From: a bacterium
Lineage (GTDB): Bacteria > Patescibacteriota > Minisyncoccia > Phycocordibacterales > UBA2100
Assembly: GCA_021781955.1 (NCBI GenBank)
Contig: JAJXVV010000002.1
Span: forward strand, 10,730-74,729
DNA: 64,000 nt
Reading direction: 5' to 3'
The notes beneath the pieces were generated by a model. It saw nothing but the letters and a program-made list of their open reading frames with translations. It was not told where the DNA came from and did no database searches. Of the stretch, positions 41,848-51,881 are shown in pieces. Each line of letters starts with the position of its first letter. The first letter of the stretch is position 1. The position numbers were made by a program, and so were the translations under genes.

Positions 41848-42777
41848 ATGAGCACCTGGAGCAACATAAAGCGCGTGGGCCGATACGGTCTCATCGGATT
41901 CATCCGCAATGGGTTCGTTTCGCTCGCCGCCATCCTCATCATGACGATCACGCTCTTCGTGGTCGCGGTCTTGCTGATCGGCAGCGCGGCGCTCACGTCG
42001 GTCTTGCAGCAGCTGACCAGCAACGTCGACGTCACGGTGTATTTCACGACCAACGCCGGTCAGGATCAGATTCAGCAGCTGCAGCAATCGCTCCAAGCCT
42101 TGCCTGAAGTAGCGTCGGTCACGTACGTCTCCGCCGATCAGGCGCTCTCGCAGTTCCAAGCGCGCCACCAGAACGACCAGCTCATCATGCAGGCGTTGCA
42201 GGAGGTCGGCGGCAATCCGCTTGGCGCGTCGCTCGAGATCAAGGCGAAGGATACCTCGCAGTACCAGACTATCGCGCAGTACCTCTCGACCGCGCAGCAG
42301 AGCGGCACCGACATGGGCAATGCGATCGACACCATCAACTACTACCAAAATCAGGCGGCAATACAGCGCCTGACCCAGATCATCAACGCCGCTCGCGCGC
42401 TGGGGCTCGGCGTGGCGCTCGTGCTCGGCCTCGCATCGCTTTTGATCGCGTTCAATACGATACGTCTCGCTATCTACACCGCGCGCGATGAGATCGGCGT
42501 CATGAACTTGGTCGGTGCCTCGCCGTGGTTCGTCCAGGGGCCCTTCATCGTAGCGGGCATGCTTTACGGCGTCATTTCTGGCCTCATTGTGCTTGTGCTC
42601 TTGTATCCCATCACGCTTTATCTGGGGCCGGGGAGCGAGGCGTTCCTGGGCTCATTCAACGTGTTCGACTACTTCGTGAGCACCTTCCCGCTCCTTTTCC
42701 TCGTGGTCATGGGCACGGGGGTTGGTTTGGGCGCTATCTCGAGCTTTTTGGCGGTGCGTCGGTATCTCCACAGCTAA
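41848..42777 (+). CDS. ftsX: cell-division permease FtsX
   Basis: 4-TM FtsX topology with large periplasmic loop after TM1. Confidence 0.75.
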   Translation: MSTWSNIKRVGRYGLIGFIRNGFVSLAAILIMTITLFVVAVLLIGSAALTSVLQQLTSNVDVTVYFTTNAGQDQIQQLQQSLQALPEVASVTYVSADQALSQFQARHQNDQLIMQALQEVGGNPLGASLEIKAKDTSQYQTIAQYLSTAQQSGTDMGNAIDTINYYQNQAAIQRLTQIINAARALGLGVALVLGLASLLIAFNTIRLAIYTARDEIGVMNLVGASPWFVQGPFIVAGMLYGVISGLIVLVLLYPITLYLGPGSEAFLGSFNVFDYFVSTFPLLFLVVMGTGVGLGAISSFLAVRRYLHS

Positions 42778-42790
42778 GGAGGTTGCGAGC

Positions 42791-44473
42791 ATGCCCGCGC
42801 GGCATGGTAGAGTGGTCCTCATGAGCAGTGCGCGCTCGGGTCATTCGTATATTTTCGTCATTGGCGGCGTCATGTCGGCGGTCGGCAAAGGCATCGCCAC
42901 TGCCTCGATAGGGAAAGTGCTCACGGCGCGAGGATTGTCCGTCAATCTCGTGAAGATCGACCCGTATCTCAACGTGGACGCCGGCACGATGAACCCCATT
43001 GAGCACGGCGAGGTCTTCGTGCTCGACTCTGGCTTGGAGACCGATCAGGACATGGGCAACTACGAGCGCTATTTGGGACGCGATCTCGGGCCCGACGACT
43101 ACATGACCTCCGGCATGATCTACCAGAGCGTCATCACGCGGGAGCGCAATCTCGAGTACCATGGAAAGTGCGTTGAAGCGATACCGCACGTGCGCGATGA
43201 GATCGTGCGTCGTCTCAAGCGCGCCGCGGAGGTATCCAGTTCCGACATTTCCGTCGTCGAGATTGGTGGTACGGTCGGCGATTTTCAGAACGCGCTCTTC
43301 ATCGACGCGGCGCGCGTCATCCATCTCGAGCAGCCGGACAATGTCGTGTTCGTCATGGTCTCCTACCTGCCAGTGCCGGGCACGGTAGGAGAGATGAAAA
43401 CGAAACCGACGCAAACGGCAGTGCGCGAGCTCAATTCGTACGGCGTTCAGCCCGACATCATCATAGCGCGCTCGACGCACGCGCTCGATCAGAAGCGCAA
43501 GGAGAAACTCTCAATATCATGCAGCGTCCGTCCGGAACACATCATCTCTGCGCCCGACGTCGACTCCATCTACGACGTGCCGCTCAATTTCGAGCGCGAT
43601 CAGCTTTCCGACACGCTCCTGCGGCTTCTCGGTATCGAGGCGAAACAGAAGGCCGACCTTGCCGAATGGGAGGAGTTCGCCGCGCATGCGCACAATGGCA
43701 AGGGAAGCGTGAAGATCGGCATCGTCGGCAAGTACTTCGACACGGGCGACTTCGTGCTTTCGGACGCATACATCTCCGTCATCGAGGCGATCAAGTTCTC
43801 GGCGTACCGTGCGGGCGTGAAGCCGGAGATCGAGTGGCTCAATGCCAAGAAATACGAATCCGATCCCGCATCCATCAAGGAGCTGGAAGCGTGCGACGGC
43901 ATCCTCGTGCCGGGAGGCTTCGGCGAAACGGGCATCGAGGGGAAGATTGCCGCTATCCGCTTCGCGCGCGAGCACAAGATCCCGTACTTCGGCCTCTGCT
44001 ACGGCATGCAGCTCATGACCGTCGAGTTCGCGCGCAACGTCGCGGGCCTCGCAGGCGCGCACACGACCGAGATCGATCCGAAGACCGAGCACCCGATCAT
44101 CGCCATTTTGCCCGAGCAGGCGGAAAAGCTCGCCAAGAAAAATTACGGCGGCACGATGCGCTTGGGCGCCTACCCCTGCACGCTCGAGAAGGGTACCATC
44201 GCCGCCGATTCGTATAAGAAGGGCGATATTTCTGAGCGTCATCGCCACCGCTACGAGGTCAATCCGGACTACGTCGAACAGCTCGCGAAAGCCGGTCTCG
44301 TTTTTTCCGGCCGCTCGCCCGACGGCCACCTCATGGAGATAGCCGAGCTTCCCAAGAGCGTGCATCCCTTCATGCTCGGCACGCAGTTCCACCCCGAACT
44401 GCGCGCCCGGCCGCTTACGCCGCACCCGCTCTTCAGCGCGTTCATCAAAGCCGCGATCGAAAAGCGCGGGTAA
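42791..44473 (+). CDS. pyrG: CTP synthase
   Basis: strong SD TAAGGAGG 8 nt before ATG 42791; IFVIGGVMSAVGKGI P-loop, C-terminal glutaminase GLCYGMQ with catalytic Cys. Confidence 0.9.
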   Translation: MPARHGRVVLMSSARSGHSYIFVIGGVMSAVGKGIATASIGKVLTARGLSVNLVKIDPYLNVDAGTMNPIEHGEVFVLDSGLETDQDMGNYERYLGRDLGPDDYMTSGMIYQSVITRERNLEYHGKCVEAIPHVRDEIVRRLKRAAEVSSSDISVVEIGGTVGDFQNALFIDAARVIHLEQPDNVVFVMVSYLPVPGTVGEMKTKPTQTAVRELNSYGVQPDIIIARSTHALDQKRKEKLSISCSVRPEHIISAPDVDSIYDVPLNFERDQLSDTLLRLLGIEAKQKADLAEWEEFAAHAHNGKGSVKIGIVGKYFDTGDFVLSDAYISVIEAIKFSAYRAGVKPEIEWLNAKKYESDPASIKELEACDGILVPGGFGETGIEGKIAAIRFAREHKIPYFGLCYGMQLMTVEFARNVAGLAGAHTTEIDPKTEHPIIAILPEQAEKLAKKNYGGTMRLGAYPCTLEKGTIAADSYKKGDISERHRHRYEVNPDYVEQLAKAGLVFSGRSPDGHLMEIAELPKSVHPFMLGTQFHPELRARPLTPHPLFSAFIKAAIEKRG

Positions 44474-44534
44474 CGCACAGGGACGCCGCTCAAGCTCGCA
44501 TCGCCCAGCATCGAGTGTTTGCCCGGTGACCGCG

Positions 44535-45136
44535 CTATTTGAACGTCACGCCTGCGGGAAGCGTGAGCATGCTCACCACCGGTATCCACGGGTGGCAGTC
44601 CCAGCTGACGTTGTTGTCGCTCGTCCCTAGTGTTTTGTTGCCCCCGAGCGATTGCGGAAGGAGCGTCGCGACATCGCTCGCAGAATGCACGGAACTCGCC
44701 GTGCCTGAGATCATGCCCTCCGTCCAGGTGTAGAGCGTCGTGCCGTTGAAGAGCATGATGGTATTCGTCGAGATGCCCTGCGGCGTAGTGGAGCGGAATT
44801 CGCCGCGGATCTTCCCGCCGCTGATGTAGAGCGCATCGACGCTGCGCGCCGTCGAGCCCGTGGAGACCTGCTGGTACGAGCAGGTGGTATTGCCCATGTT
44901 CCGCACGAGCGACTGGAGCGACTGGAGCGGCGTTGGGCCGGACGGAGCGGTCGCGCGCGTTGCGGACGATCTACTGGCCGGTACGGGAGCGGTCGTCGTC
45001 GCGGTCGATGTCGCTGCGGTGGATGACGCGACCTCGGTCGTCGAAGGAGCGACGACTTGCTGCGGTTTTGCAAGGAACCACGCCGCGATGAGGATAATGG
45101 CGATACCGAACAGCGCGTACACGATATAAAAGCGCA
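44535..45136 (-). CDS. membrane-anchored hypothetical protein with Thr/Ser-rich linker
   Basis: only the 3' ~200 codons of ORF 44535..46025 are plausible (start MRFYIVYALFGIAIILIAAW); the 5' part is antisense to guaB-like gene. Confidence 0.35.
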
Positions 45137-45231
45137 TAAGCACAAAGTTCGCTAATGGATATGCTCCTATCCTACCACCCGCGGCTTTCTTCGTCGCGTT
45201 GACGTTTCCCGGCGGGAAAGTACAATGGGCC

Positions 45232-46275
45232 ATGGCAGCGAAGATTCTCAAGGAAGCCTTTACCTTCGACGACGTGCTCATCCGCCCGGGCGAAAGTCGG
45301 ATGGAGCCGGCCGAGGCAATGCTCAAAACCACGATAGCGGGCATCGAACTCTCGGTGCCGTTCCTTTCCGCAGCGATGGATCGCGTGACGGGAGCGCGGC
45401 TCGCCATCGAGCTCGGAAAACTCGGCGGCCTGGGCGTTCTGCACCGGAATTGTTCAGTGGAAGAGCAGGTCGCGATGGTCAAAGAAGTGAAAGCAGCTGG
45501 AGTGAAAGTGGCCGCGGCATGCGGTCCTTTTGCTGCCGACCGTGCTCGCGCACTCGACCTAGCAGGCTGCGACGCCATCGTCATCGACACCGCGCACGGG
45601 CACAACATGAACGTCGTCGAGAGCGCGAAGAAGATAAAGAAGTCGCTCAACCACGCGAAGGTGATATTCGGCAACATTGCGACCAGCGAGGCGGCGAAGG
45701 CCGTGTGCCCGTTCGTCGATGCGGTCAAGGTCGGCGTCGGTCCCGGCTCCATCTGCACGACCCGCCTTATCTCCGGAGTGGGCGTGCCGCAGCTCTCAGC
45801 GGTCTTGGAGGTCGTTGCGGTCGCAAAAAAGCAGAAAGTACCGGTCATCGCCGACGGCGGCATACGCACTTCCGGCGATATCGCCAAAGCGCTCGCTGCG
45901 GGCGCCTCGGCCGTCATGCTCGGCAATCTGTTCGCCGGTACCGACGAGGCGCCCGGCAATGTCGTCGAAAGCGATGGCCGTAAGTACAAGGAGTATCGCG
46001 GCATGGGATCCGAAGCGGTCATCAAGAGCGCGTCCGGCGCCGAACGTTACTTCACGCATGGCCGTAAAGCGGTTCCCGAAGGTGTCGAGGCGACGGTGCC
46101 GTACAAGGGTCCGTTGCACGACGTCGTCGCGTCGCTCTCTTCGGGCGTGCAGGTCGGCATGGGCTACGTGGGCGCGAAGACAATACCCGAGTTCGAGAAA
46201 AAGGCGCAGTTCGTGCGCATCACGCACGCGGCTATTGCCGAAGGCAAGCCGCACTCGCTCTCGAGCATCAAGTAG
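45232..46275 (+). CDS. guaB: IMP dehydrogenase/GMP reductase family protein lacking CBS subdomain
   Basis: FDDVLIRPG, catalytic loop GVGPGSICTTR, ADGGIR; 347 aa without CBS pair. Confidence 0.7.
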   Translation: MAAKILKEAFTFDDVLIRPGESRMEPAEAMLKTTIAGIELSVPFLSAAMDRVTGARLAIELGKLGGLGVLHRNCSVEEQVAMVKEVKAAGVKVAAACGPFAADRARALDLAGCDAIVIDTAHGHNMNVVESAKKIKKSLNHAKVIFGNIATSEAAKAVCPFVDAVKVGVGPGSICTTRLISGVGVPQLSAVLEVVAVAKKQKVPVIADGGIRTSGDIAKALAAGASAVMLGNLFAGTDEAPGNVVESDGRKYKEYRGMGSEAVIKSASGAERYFTHGRKAVPEGVEATVPYKGPLHDVVASLSSGVQVGMGYVGAKTIPEFEKKAQFVRITHAAIAEGKPHSLSSIK

Positions 46276-46379
46276 TGCCGCACAGCGCTGATCTGAACGG
46301 CGACGGCACCGTCGGTCTCGCCGACTTCAGCGTCATGCTCTTCCGCTGGACGGGGTAACTGTCGTCAAGCGCGGCACGC

Positions 46380-47393
46380 CTATAAATAGAGGTTGGACGC
46401 GCGCTTACGGTCGACGAACGCCGCCTCGAAGGCCCACTGCACGGTCTGCTTGAGCTGCGCCTCGTCGAGCGTGCCGTGTTCGCGCAGCATGGCGAGCTCT
46501 TGCGGCAGGGTCGTTTTGAGCATCGAGGGGTTGTCGGTGTTGATGCAGAATTTCACGCCGCCCCTCCAAAGCGTTTGCAGCACCTCGCGCAGATGATCGA
46601 AATCGCGGATGAACTTCACGCTCATGTTCGAGGTGGGGCACAGGCACAGCGTCAGGTTTTTCTTGGCGACGAGCTCCATGAGCGCGGGGTCTTCGTAGGC
46701 GCGGAAACCGTGATTGACCCGGTCGAGCGGCAATACCTCGAGCACGTGGCGCATCTCCTCGGCCGTTCCGTCCTCGCCGGTGTGCACGGTCGTCTTGAGT
46801 CCTGCCTCGCGCGCCATCGCGTAGAGATCGGCGTAGTCGTCGTACGAGAAACCGTCGCCCTTGGGGCCGGCTATGTCGATGCCCACGACGCCGCGGCGCG
46901 CGTAGAGCATCGCTTTTTTCACGATGATCTCGTTGACCTCTTTGGGCAGACGGCGGTCGAGCAGGAGGATGAGACCCGCACGCACGGTGGGGAATTCCGC
47001 GAGCGCGCGCTCCATGCCGCGCAGCGCGCCCAGGATGATGTCGTCGAGATCGCGTTCGCCCTGCCGGTTGCGGTACATCGGATTGAAGCCCGGCTCCATC
47101 AGCGTGATGCCGCTGGAGCGGTACGCGCCGGAGACCACCTCGTAGACCGTGCGTTCCATCGCGACCGGCGAGGATTGGATGAGCTCGGTCCAGTGGAAGA
47201 GCGCGTGGTAGTCCTCCCAGGTCGTCGTCTCTTTGTTGAGTGTGATGAAATCGTGGAAATCCTCGTAGGATTTGGAGGGGAGCTTGATGCCTTGCTCGTG
47301 GGCGATGGCCCACAGGATGTGGGGTTCGAGGGATTGGCCGAGGTGGAAGTGGAGCTCGGCGAGTGGCTGCGAACCGCGTTTGGGTATGTCCAT
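46380..47393 (-). CDS. add: adenosine deaminase family metallo-hydrolase
   Basis: ELHFHLGQS (HxH metal ligands) at N-terminus, 337 aa. Confidence 0.8.
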   Translation of the reverse strand: MDIPKRGSQPLAELHFHLGQSLEPHILWAIAHEQGIKLPSKSYEDFHDFITLNKETTTWEDYHALFHWTELIQSSPVAMERTVYEVVSGAYRSSGITLMEPGFNPMYRNRQGERDLDDIILGALRGMERALAEFPTVRAGLILLLDRRLPKEVNEIIVKKAMLYARRGVVGIDIAGPKGDGFSYDDYADLYAMAREAGLKTTVHTGEDGTAEEMRHVLEVLPLDRVNHGFRAYEDPALMELVAKKNLTLCLCPTSNMSVKFIRDFDHLREVLQTLWRGGVKFCINTDNPSMLKTTLPQELAMLREHGTLDEAQLKQTVQWAFEAAFVDRKRASNLYL

Positions 47394-47496
47394 GCATCAT
47401 TTTGGCAGGCCGCAGAGCCGAGTGCAAGCGCTCGTGCTGCGCGGTCTCGTACGCTCCTTTGACCGCGCTCTTCGCAGCGTGCACAATGGCGCTGTC

Positions 47497-48192
47497 ATGC
47501 CCGTCCGCATCAACAAATACCTGGCCGACCACAACTACTGCACGCGGCGCGAGGCCGACACGCTCATCGCGGCTGGCAAAGTGTTCGTGAACGGCATATC
47601 CGCCGTGATAGGGCAAAAGGTGAGCGAGAGGGATACGGTGGAGGTGCGCGCCGCGCCGCGCGCCTATCGCTACTACGCCTACCACAAGCCGCGTGGCGTC
47701 ATCACCCATTCGCCCCAGCTCGGCGAGAAGGATATCGCGGCGAGCACGAAGCTCCCCGGCGTTTTTCCCGTCGGCCGGCTCGACAAGGACTCGCACGGCC
47801 TCATCGTCCTCACCGACGATGCGCGCGTCACCGATCGGCTCCTGAGTCCCGGGCGTGAGCACGACAAGGAGTATCGCGTGGCGACAACGCAGGTGCTCAC
47901 CAACCGATTCAAGGAACGCATGGAGAAAGGTGTCGATATCGGCGGCTACACGACAAAACCCTGCCGCGTGCGGCTCGGGGGGCAGAAGTCATTTTTCATC
48001 ACGCTCACCGAAGGCAAGAAGCACCAGATACGCCGTATGTGCGCGGCGCTCCGGGTCGATATCCGGGACCTCGAGCGCACGCGCATCATGAACATCCATT
48101 TGGGCGACCTCGCCGTCGGCACACATCGCCGCATCGAGGGAGCCGAGCTCGCGGAGTTCCTGCAGAAGCTCGGGCTTGCGGCTGCCCGCTAG
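47497..48192 (+). CDS. pseudouridine synthase, RsuA/RluB family
   Basis: S4 domain INKYLADHNYCTRREADTLI then catalytic VGRLDKDSHGLIVLTDD. Confidence 0.75.
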   Translation: MPVRINKYLADHNYCTRREADTLIAAGKVFVNGISAVIGQKVSERDTVEVRAAPRAYRYYAYHKPRGVITHSPQLGEKDIAASTKLPGVFPVGRLDKDSHGLIVLTDDARVTDRLLSPGREHDKEYRVATTQVLTNRFKERMEKGVDIGGYTTKPCRVRLGGQKSFFITLTEGKKHQIRRMCAALRVDIRDLERTRIMNIHLGDLAVGTHRRIEGAELAEFLQKLGLAAAR

Positions 48193-48271
48193 GCAAAGTA
48201 GGGCGGTTGAGCGCGGGGCGGTTTTCGGCTATTCTGTAGCGACATTGCGGGAATATTCCCGCGAATGTTTT

Positions 48272-48342
48272 TGCGGGATCGTCTAATGGTAGGACATCTG
48301 CCTCTGGAGCAGAGTATCTTGGTTCGAGTCCAAGTCCCGCAG
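48272..48342 (+). tRNA. tRNA-Gln (anticodon CTG)
   Basis: U1-A72 acceptor TGCGGGA/TCCCGCA, anticodon stem TCTGC/GCAGA loop CTCTGGA, T-arm CTTGG-TTCGAGT-CCAAG. Confidence 0.85.
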
Positions 48343-49941
48343 CAATCGTGGATTTTGAGAGTAGATTTCTCCCAAATCCCTTGCAACACCAACGTCTTTT
48401 GGCGGTTCTAACGCTGCCGTAATGCGCCGCACTTCATCGGCAGAGTTTCGTATCGGGAACAGTAGATTATCCAAAGAAATCGTGAGTTTTCCGTCCTTTA
48501 GTGTGTAGTCCGAACCCAAGGCGTTGAATATGTCCCGTTTTACCTCAAGGAGCTGTTTTTGCTGTGCCTTGTTGAATACGGCCACGGATGTCTCCGCGAA
48601 GTTGAACCCGCGCTCGGCAATCTCCAACCAGTTCTCAACGCGCTTGTCCGTGTCTTTGAGGTATGCCCACAAACGGTTTTTCTCGGCGAGCAATATCTCC
48701 TTGCGCTCTCGAAACTCACGCTCGTCAATCTCGCTGTTGGCTCGCATATCAATCAGGTTATCTATCTTGCGAACGCAAGCGTCGTACTCGCGGCGCTGGT
48801 TGCCGCTTATCTTTTCTCGGTCTTCAACCTCCTGCGCGTTCATCTCTTTGAGTCGCGCCACTGCCCACTTCTTGAAGTCAGCGGGGATTTGGAGCGCCGC
48901 AAGTTCTTTGGCGATTTGCTTCTCAAGCTCTTTCTCCTCGATGGAGAGTTGCGAGCAGTTCGGGTACTTCCGCTTGGTGCAGTGGTAATAGGTGTAATGC
49001 GCGACTCCGCCCTTGGCGAGCTTCTTGAGCTTTTCCTCGGCGGTGATGAGTGCCCCGCACTCGCCGCAGTGTATCGGACCGCGATACACGAGGTCGTGCC
49101 TTGAGTGCGGGCGCGGATTTCCTTTTCTGCCGAGCAAGAACTGGATGCGGTCGTACTCATCACGGGTCATAAGCGGCTCGTGCGTCCCCGTGTACCAAAG
49201 GCCGCTGCCGACAGGGTATTCAAACTCTCCGTAGTAGAACGTCCGCGTGAACAGATTGTAAATGCTGCTCCGCGCCATTTTCTTGCCGTTCGGTCCGCGA
49301 AAACCCCACTCCTCGTTCGCAATCTCAAGTATCTGGGGCGGCGTGTAGTTGCCCGTGAGCATCAAGTCCACCATGCGGCGCAGGAGCGGAAAACGCTCTT
49401 TGTCGGTATAAACCTTTTTCTTGCCGCGCTCCTCGTATTTGTCATTGAGATAGCCGATAGGGGCAGGTGCGGGGTAAGTGCCCATCTTCGCTTTCTGCTC
49501 AAGCCCGCGCTTCACGTCGCGCCCTTTCTTCGCACTCTCGTATTGCGACTGCGACAATGCCATTTGTAGCATCCAAATGCCCTCGGGCGAGTTGTTCTCA
49601 AAGTGATAAGTCGCAAACTTGAGGTCGCTGATTTCACCCGTGCGGAGCATATAGGTGAGGGAGCTTGCGTCCACCTCATTGCGCGAGAGACGGTCTGGGT
49701 GCCATGCGAGAAGTCCTTGGCGCTCACCGCTACGGGTACGCAAAAGCATATCGCTGAACTTTGGACGATTGTGCGGGATGAACGCGCTACGCTCTTCCTC
49801 CACAAACTCAATATCCAAATCCCCGAACATCTCTATGAGCTTTGCTCGCTGCGCGGGGATGGAGAGCGCTTGCTTTTCTTTATCCTCCGATGATTTGCGG
49901 AGATAGGCAAAGTATTTGATTTTGTCTTTGTTTTTATTCAT
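48283..49941 (-). CDS. large serine recombinase (resolvase N-domain + recombinase domain + Zn ribbon)
   Basis: start MNKNKDKIKYFAYLRKSSEDKEKQALSIPAQ (catalytic Ser region), CxxC pairs (HCGECG..., YYHCTKRKYPNCS), C-terminal coiled coil; last ~19 codons antisense to tRNA-Gln. Confidence 0.8.
   Translation of the reverse strand: MNKNKDKIKYFAYLRKSSEDKEKQALSIPAQRAKLIEMFGDLDIEFVEEERSAFIPHNRPKFSDMLLRTRSGERQGLLAWHPDRLSRNEVDASSLTYMLRTGEISDLKFATYHFENNSPEGIWMLQMALSQSQYESAKKGRDVKRGLEQKAKMGTYPAPAPIGYLNDKYEERGKKKVYTDKERFPLLRRMVDLMLTGNYTPPQILEIANEEWGFRGPNGKKMARSSIYNLFTRTFYYGEFEYPVGSGLWYTGTHEPLMTRDEYDRIQFLLGRKGNPRPHSRHDLVYRGPIHCGECGALITAEEKLKKLAKGGVAHYTYYHCTKRKYPNCSQLSIEEKELEKQIAKELAALQIPADFKKWAVARLKEMNAQEVEDREKISGNQRREYDACVRKIDNLIDMRANSEIDEREFRERKEILLAEKNRLWAYLKDTDKRVENWLEIAERGFNFAETSVAVFNKAQQKQLLEVKRDIFNALGSDYTLKDGKLTISLDNLLFPIRNSADEVRRITAALEPPKDVGVARDLGEIYSQNPRLLRDLDSNQDTLLQRQMSYH
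48328..48344 (+). repeat. attL core (tRNA-Gln 3' end)
   Basis: identical 17-mer repeated at 62081. Confidence 0.65.
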
Positions 49942-49966
49942 ACAAAAACCCGAAAGGGACGGTCTG

Positions 49967-50078
49967 GTTGACCCGATATGAGCAATCGCGGGGATTGAAC
50001 AGCATAGCGGCAGACCGCCCCTCTCGGGCAACTATACCGTTCAACAAAAAATCCTCGCGTCTTCGCATATCGGGTCAA
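49967..50078. promoter_or_regulatory. 14-bp perfect inverted repeat pair upstream of recombinase gene
   Basis: GTTGACCCGATATG (49967-49980) and CATATCGGGTCAAC (50065-50078). Confidence 0.35.
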
Positions 50079-50086
50079 CATAAGCA

Positions 50087-51268
50087 TTATATGCCACTTT
50101 CCAGCAAGGCCAAAGTGATAAGAGTGAACTTCTCAAGCTCGCCATCCACGAAAGCGATGCAGTTTGAATAGGGCAATCCGCTCGTAAAATCAGCCGCTGT
50201 TCGCATTTTGCGCGTGAGCCGTTCCGAGTGGTCCGTGCTCCATATCCCGAATATCACGCGGCGAACTTCTTTTGCTCCATGTTCGCGTATCGCTTGTGCG
50301 AGGCCGTATGAGGTCAAAGCGTTGTTCAAGGAGTGCGCCGAGCTATGTTCTTTCGCTTTTGTAAGGATGTGCAGAAGCAAACCGAGTTTGTCGGAAGGAC
50401 CGAGTAGCGCGAGCTGGTTTTCAGGACGCTGTATGAGAACGCGCCACGAGTTGACGACCATGCTCTTACACAGGTCTGGAATGAACAGGTCGCTGAACAC
50501 AATGGGCGTTTTGGCATCCCTCCCAAGAAGTGTGTTCACTTCGCGCATGACCGTTTGCATTTTCTTGATGCGATATTCGTAGCGAAACACCTCCTTTTGC
50601 CGCAAACCGTAGCGCTCTATGACCTCGCGCTCGGGACTGATACGCCATTTATCCTTACGTTTATTCTTGGGGCGCATGGCGTCCGAGACCTTATCGTAAA
50701 AGGCGCGGTCAATCGTTCCAGCGTAGATGTTGAGTACCCGCCCACCTTGCTTGTGCTGGGTACTCGTTACGTCTACCACCTTGCTGATATCCACCCGCAT
50801 CAGCTCATCCAACACCTCCTGCATCCTGATTGCTTTGGGCAGAGGGACGTTCTTGCAAAAATGGACGGCCGCGACGCGGGCACTTTCTATCACGTCGCTT
50901 TTGACATAGACGCCGACATCCTCAAGACCTGCTTTGAGCGCCTGTATCGTTTTGATTTTGTCCGTATGCGTTGCCTCCTGCAAGCTGTCGCCAAAGAGCA
51001 GTTTGGGGACGGAAAAGGTAATCATCAAAACGTACTGAACTGCCTTGCGTTCTTTCGCCAGCGTCTCGAACATTTCGACTTTGGGGCGGTAGAAATGCTG
51101 ATGTTTTGGGCGCAGCACGAAATGTCGCAGATACGGATGCACGGACTGCTGCTCTGACGGCGTGAGGTCTTGGTAGGTGCGGCTTTTTATCAGCTCTGGC
51201 ACCCAGAGTGTTTTGTCCTGAACCCTGAACGTATCGCGTCCGTAGATTTTGAGAATGATGGTATCCAT
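50087..51268 (-). CDS. putative rolling-circle replication initiator (Rep_trans/RepC-like)
   Basis: 393 aa; RVDISKVVD and AFYDKVSD...WRISPE...FRYEYRIKK resemble Rep_trans conserved blocks (recalled from memory, not searched). Confidence 0.35.
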   Translation of the reverse strand: MDTIILKIYGRDTFRVQDKTLWVPELIKSRTYQDLTPSEQQSVHPYLRHFVLRPKHQHFYRPKVEMFETLAKERKAVQYVLMITFSVPKLLFGDSLQEATHTDKIKTIQALKAGLEDVGVYVKSDVIESARVAAVHFCKNVPLPKAIRMQEVLDELMRVDISKVVDVTSTQHKQGGRVLNIYAGTIDRAFYDKVSDAMRPKNKRKDKWRISPEREVIERYGLRQKEVFRYEYRIKKMQTVMREVNTLLGRDAKTPIVFSDLFIPDLCKSMVVNSWRVLIQRPENQLALLGPSDKLGLLLHILTKAKEHSSAHSLNNALTSYGLAQAIREHGAKEVRRVIFGIWSTDHSERLTRKMRTAADFTSGLPYSNCIAFVDGELEKFTLITLALLESGI

Positions 51269-51292
51269 AATGATTTTTGTTGGCGGTGTATT

Positions 51293-51472
51293 TCAAGGAA
51301 CCCTACGGGGTTCTGGCACGGTGTTTTGTGCGGCCGCGGCGCGGCTCACGACTTCGACCAAGCGGATGAGGCGCAGGGCTTTTTCAAGTGCCTGCGCTTT
51401 CGTGATGTCTGTTCCAAAGTGCTTTTTGTAGAGCGCTTGAAACTCGGCGATATGTTCATCCGCGATGACCAT
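51293..51472 (-). CDS. small hypothetical ORF (59 aa)
   Basis: MVIADEHIAEFQALYKKHFGTDITKAQALEKALRLIRLVEVVS...; fills gap between flanking genes. Confidence 0.2.
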   Translation of the reverse strand: MVIADEHIAEFQALYKKHFGTDITKAQALEKALRLIRLVEVVSRAAAAQNTVPEPRRVP

Positions 51473-51477
51473 AACGC

Positions 51478-51744
51478 CTATTCGCTGTAGAGACGGTTCT
51501 TGAGCATCTTGGTCGCGTCAAAGTAAGTTCGTGCCTTCACTTCAAGGCGGTCCGCCCAGTACGCATCAATCACGGCGTCAATGCCGTCTGCGCGTCGGAA
51601 AACGAACTGGACTTTCTGCAAGTTCCCGCGGTCCAACGAGACAAGAGAAAAGCCAACGCTCACGAGCGCGGCTGATAAACCGAGGTCAAACGTGTAGAAG
51701 AAGCTGTTGTGGTCTTCTGGTGAAGCACCCGATTTCTTTTTCAT
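51478..51744 (-). CDS. DUF5659-like small phage-associated protein
   Basis: FYTFDLGLSAALVSVGFSL...VQFVFRRADGIDAVIDAYW pattern. Confidence 0.35.
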   Translation of the reverse strand: MKKKSGASPEDHNSFFYTFDLGLSAALVSVGFSLVSLDRGNLQKVQFVFRRADGIDAVIDAYWADRLEVKARTYFDATKMLKNRLYSE

Positions 51745-51812
51745 AGTAATGGCGATTTAGGTTCTTGTAATGTCGCTCGTAGAAATAGGGTGAAATCTCA
51801 CCAAACGAAAAA

Positions 51813-51832
51813 TGCTTGGCTGTTCTGCCAAG
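51813..51832 (-). terminator. hairpin + T-run after 51882..53711 gene
   Basis: GCTTGGC-tgttct-GCCAAGC then (minus strand) CATTTTT. Confidence 0.45.
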
Positions 51833-51881
51833 CGATTGCGGGCTATTTGCGATGCCAGTGATTTAGGGTGAAATCACTGCG

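Noticed and set aside
45137-46025. 5' two-thirds of ORF 44535..46025
   Set aside because: Antisense to the guaB-like gene; only the 3' portion from MRFYIVYALFG (45136) looks like a real membrane protein.
46405-47862. 485-aa minus-strand ORF
   Set aside because: Arg/Ala/Pro-rich translation, wholly overlaps adenosine deaminase and rsuA-like gene in other frames.
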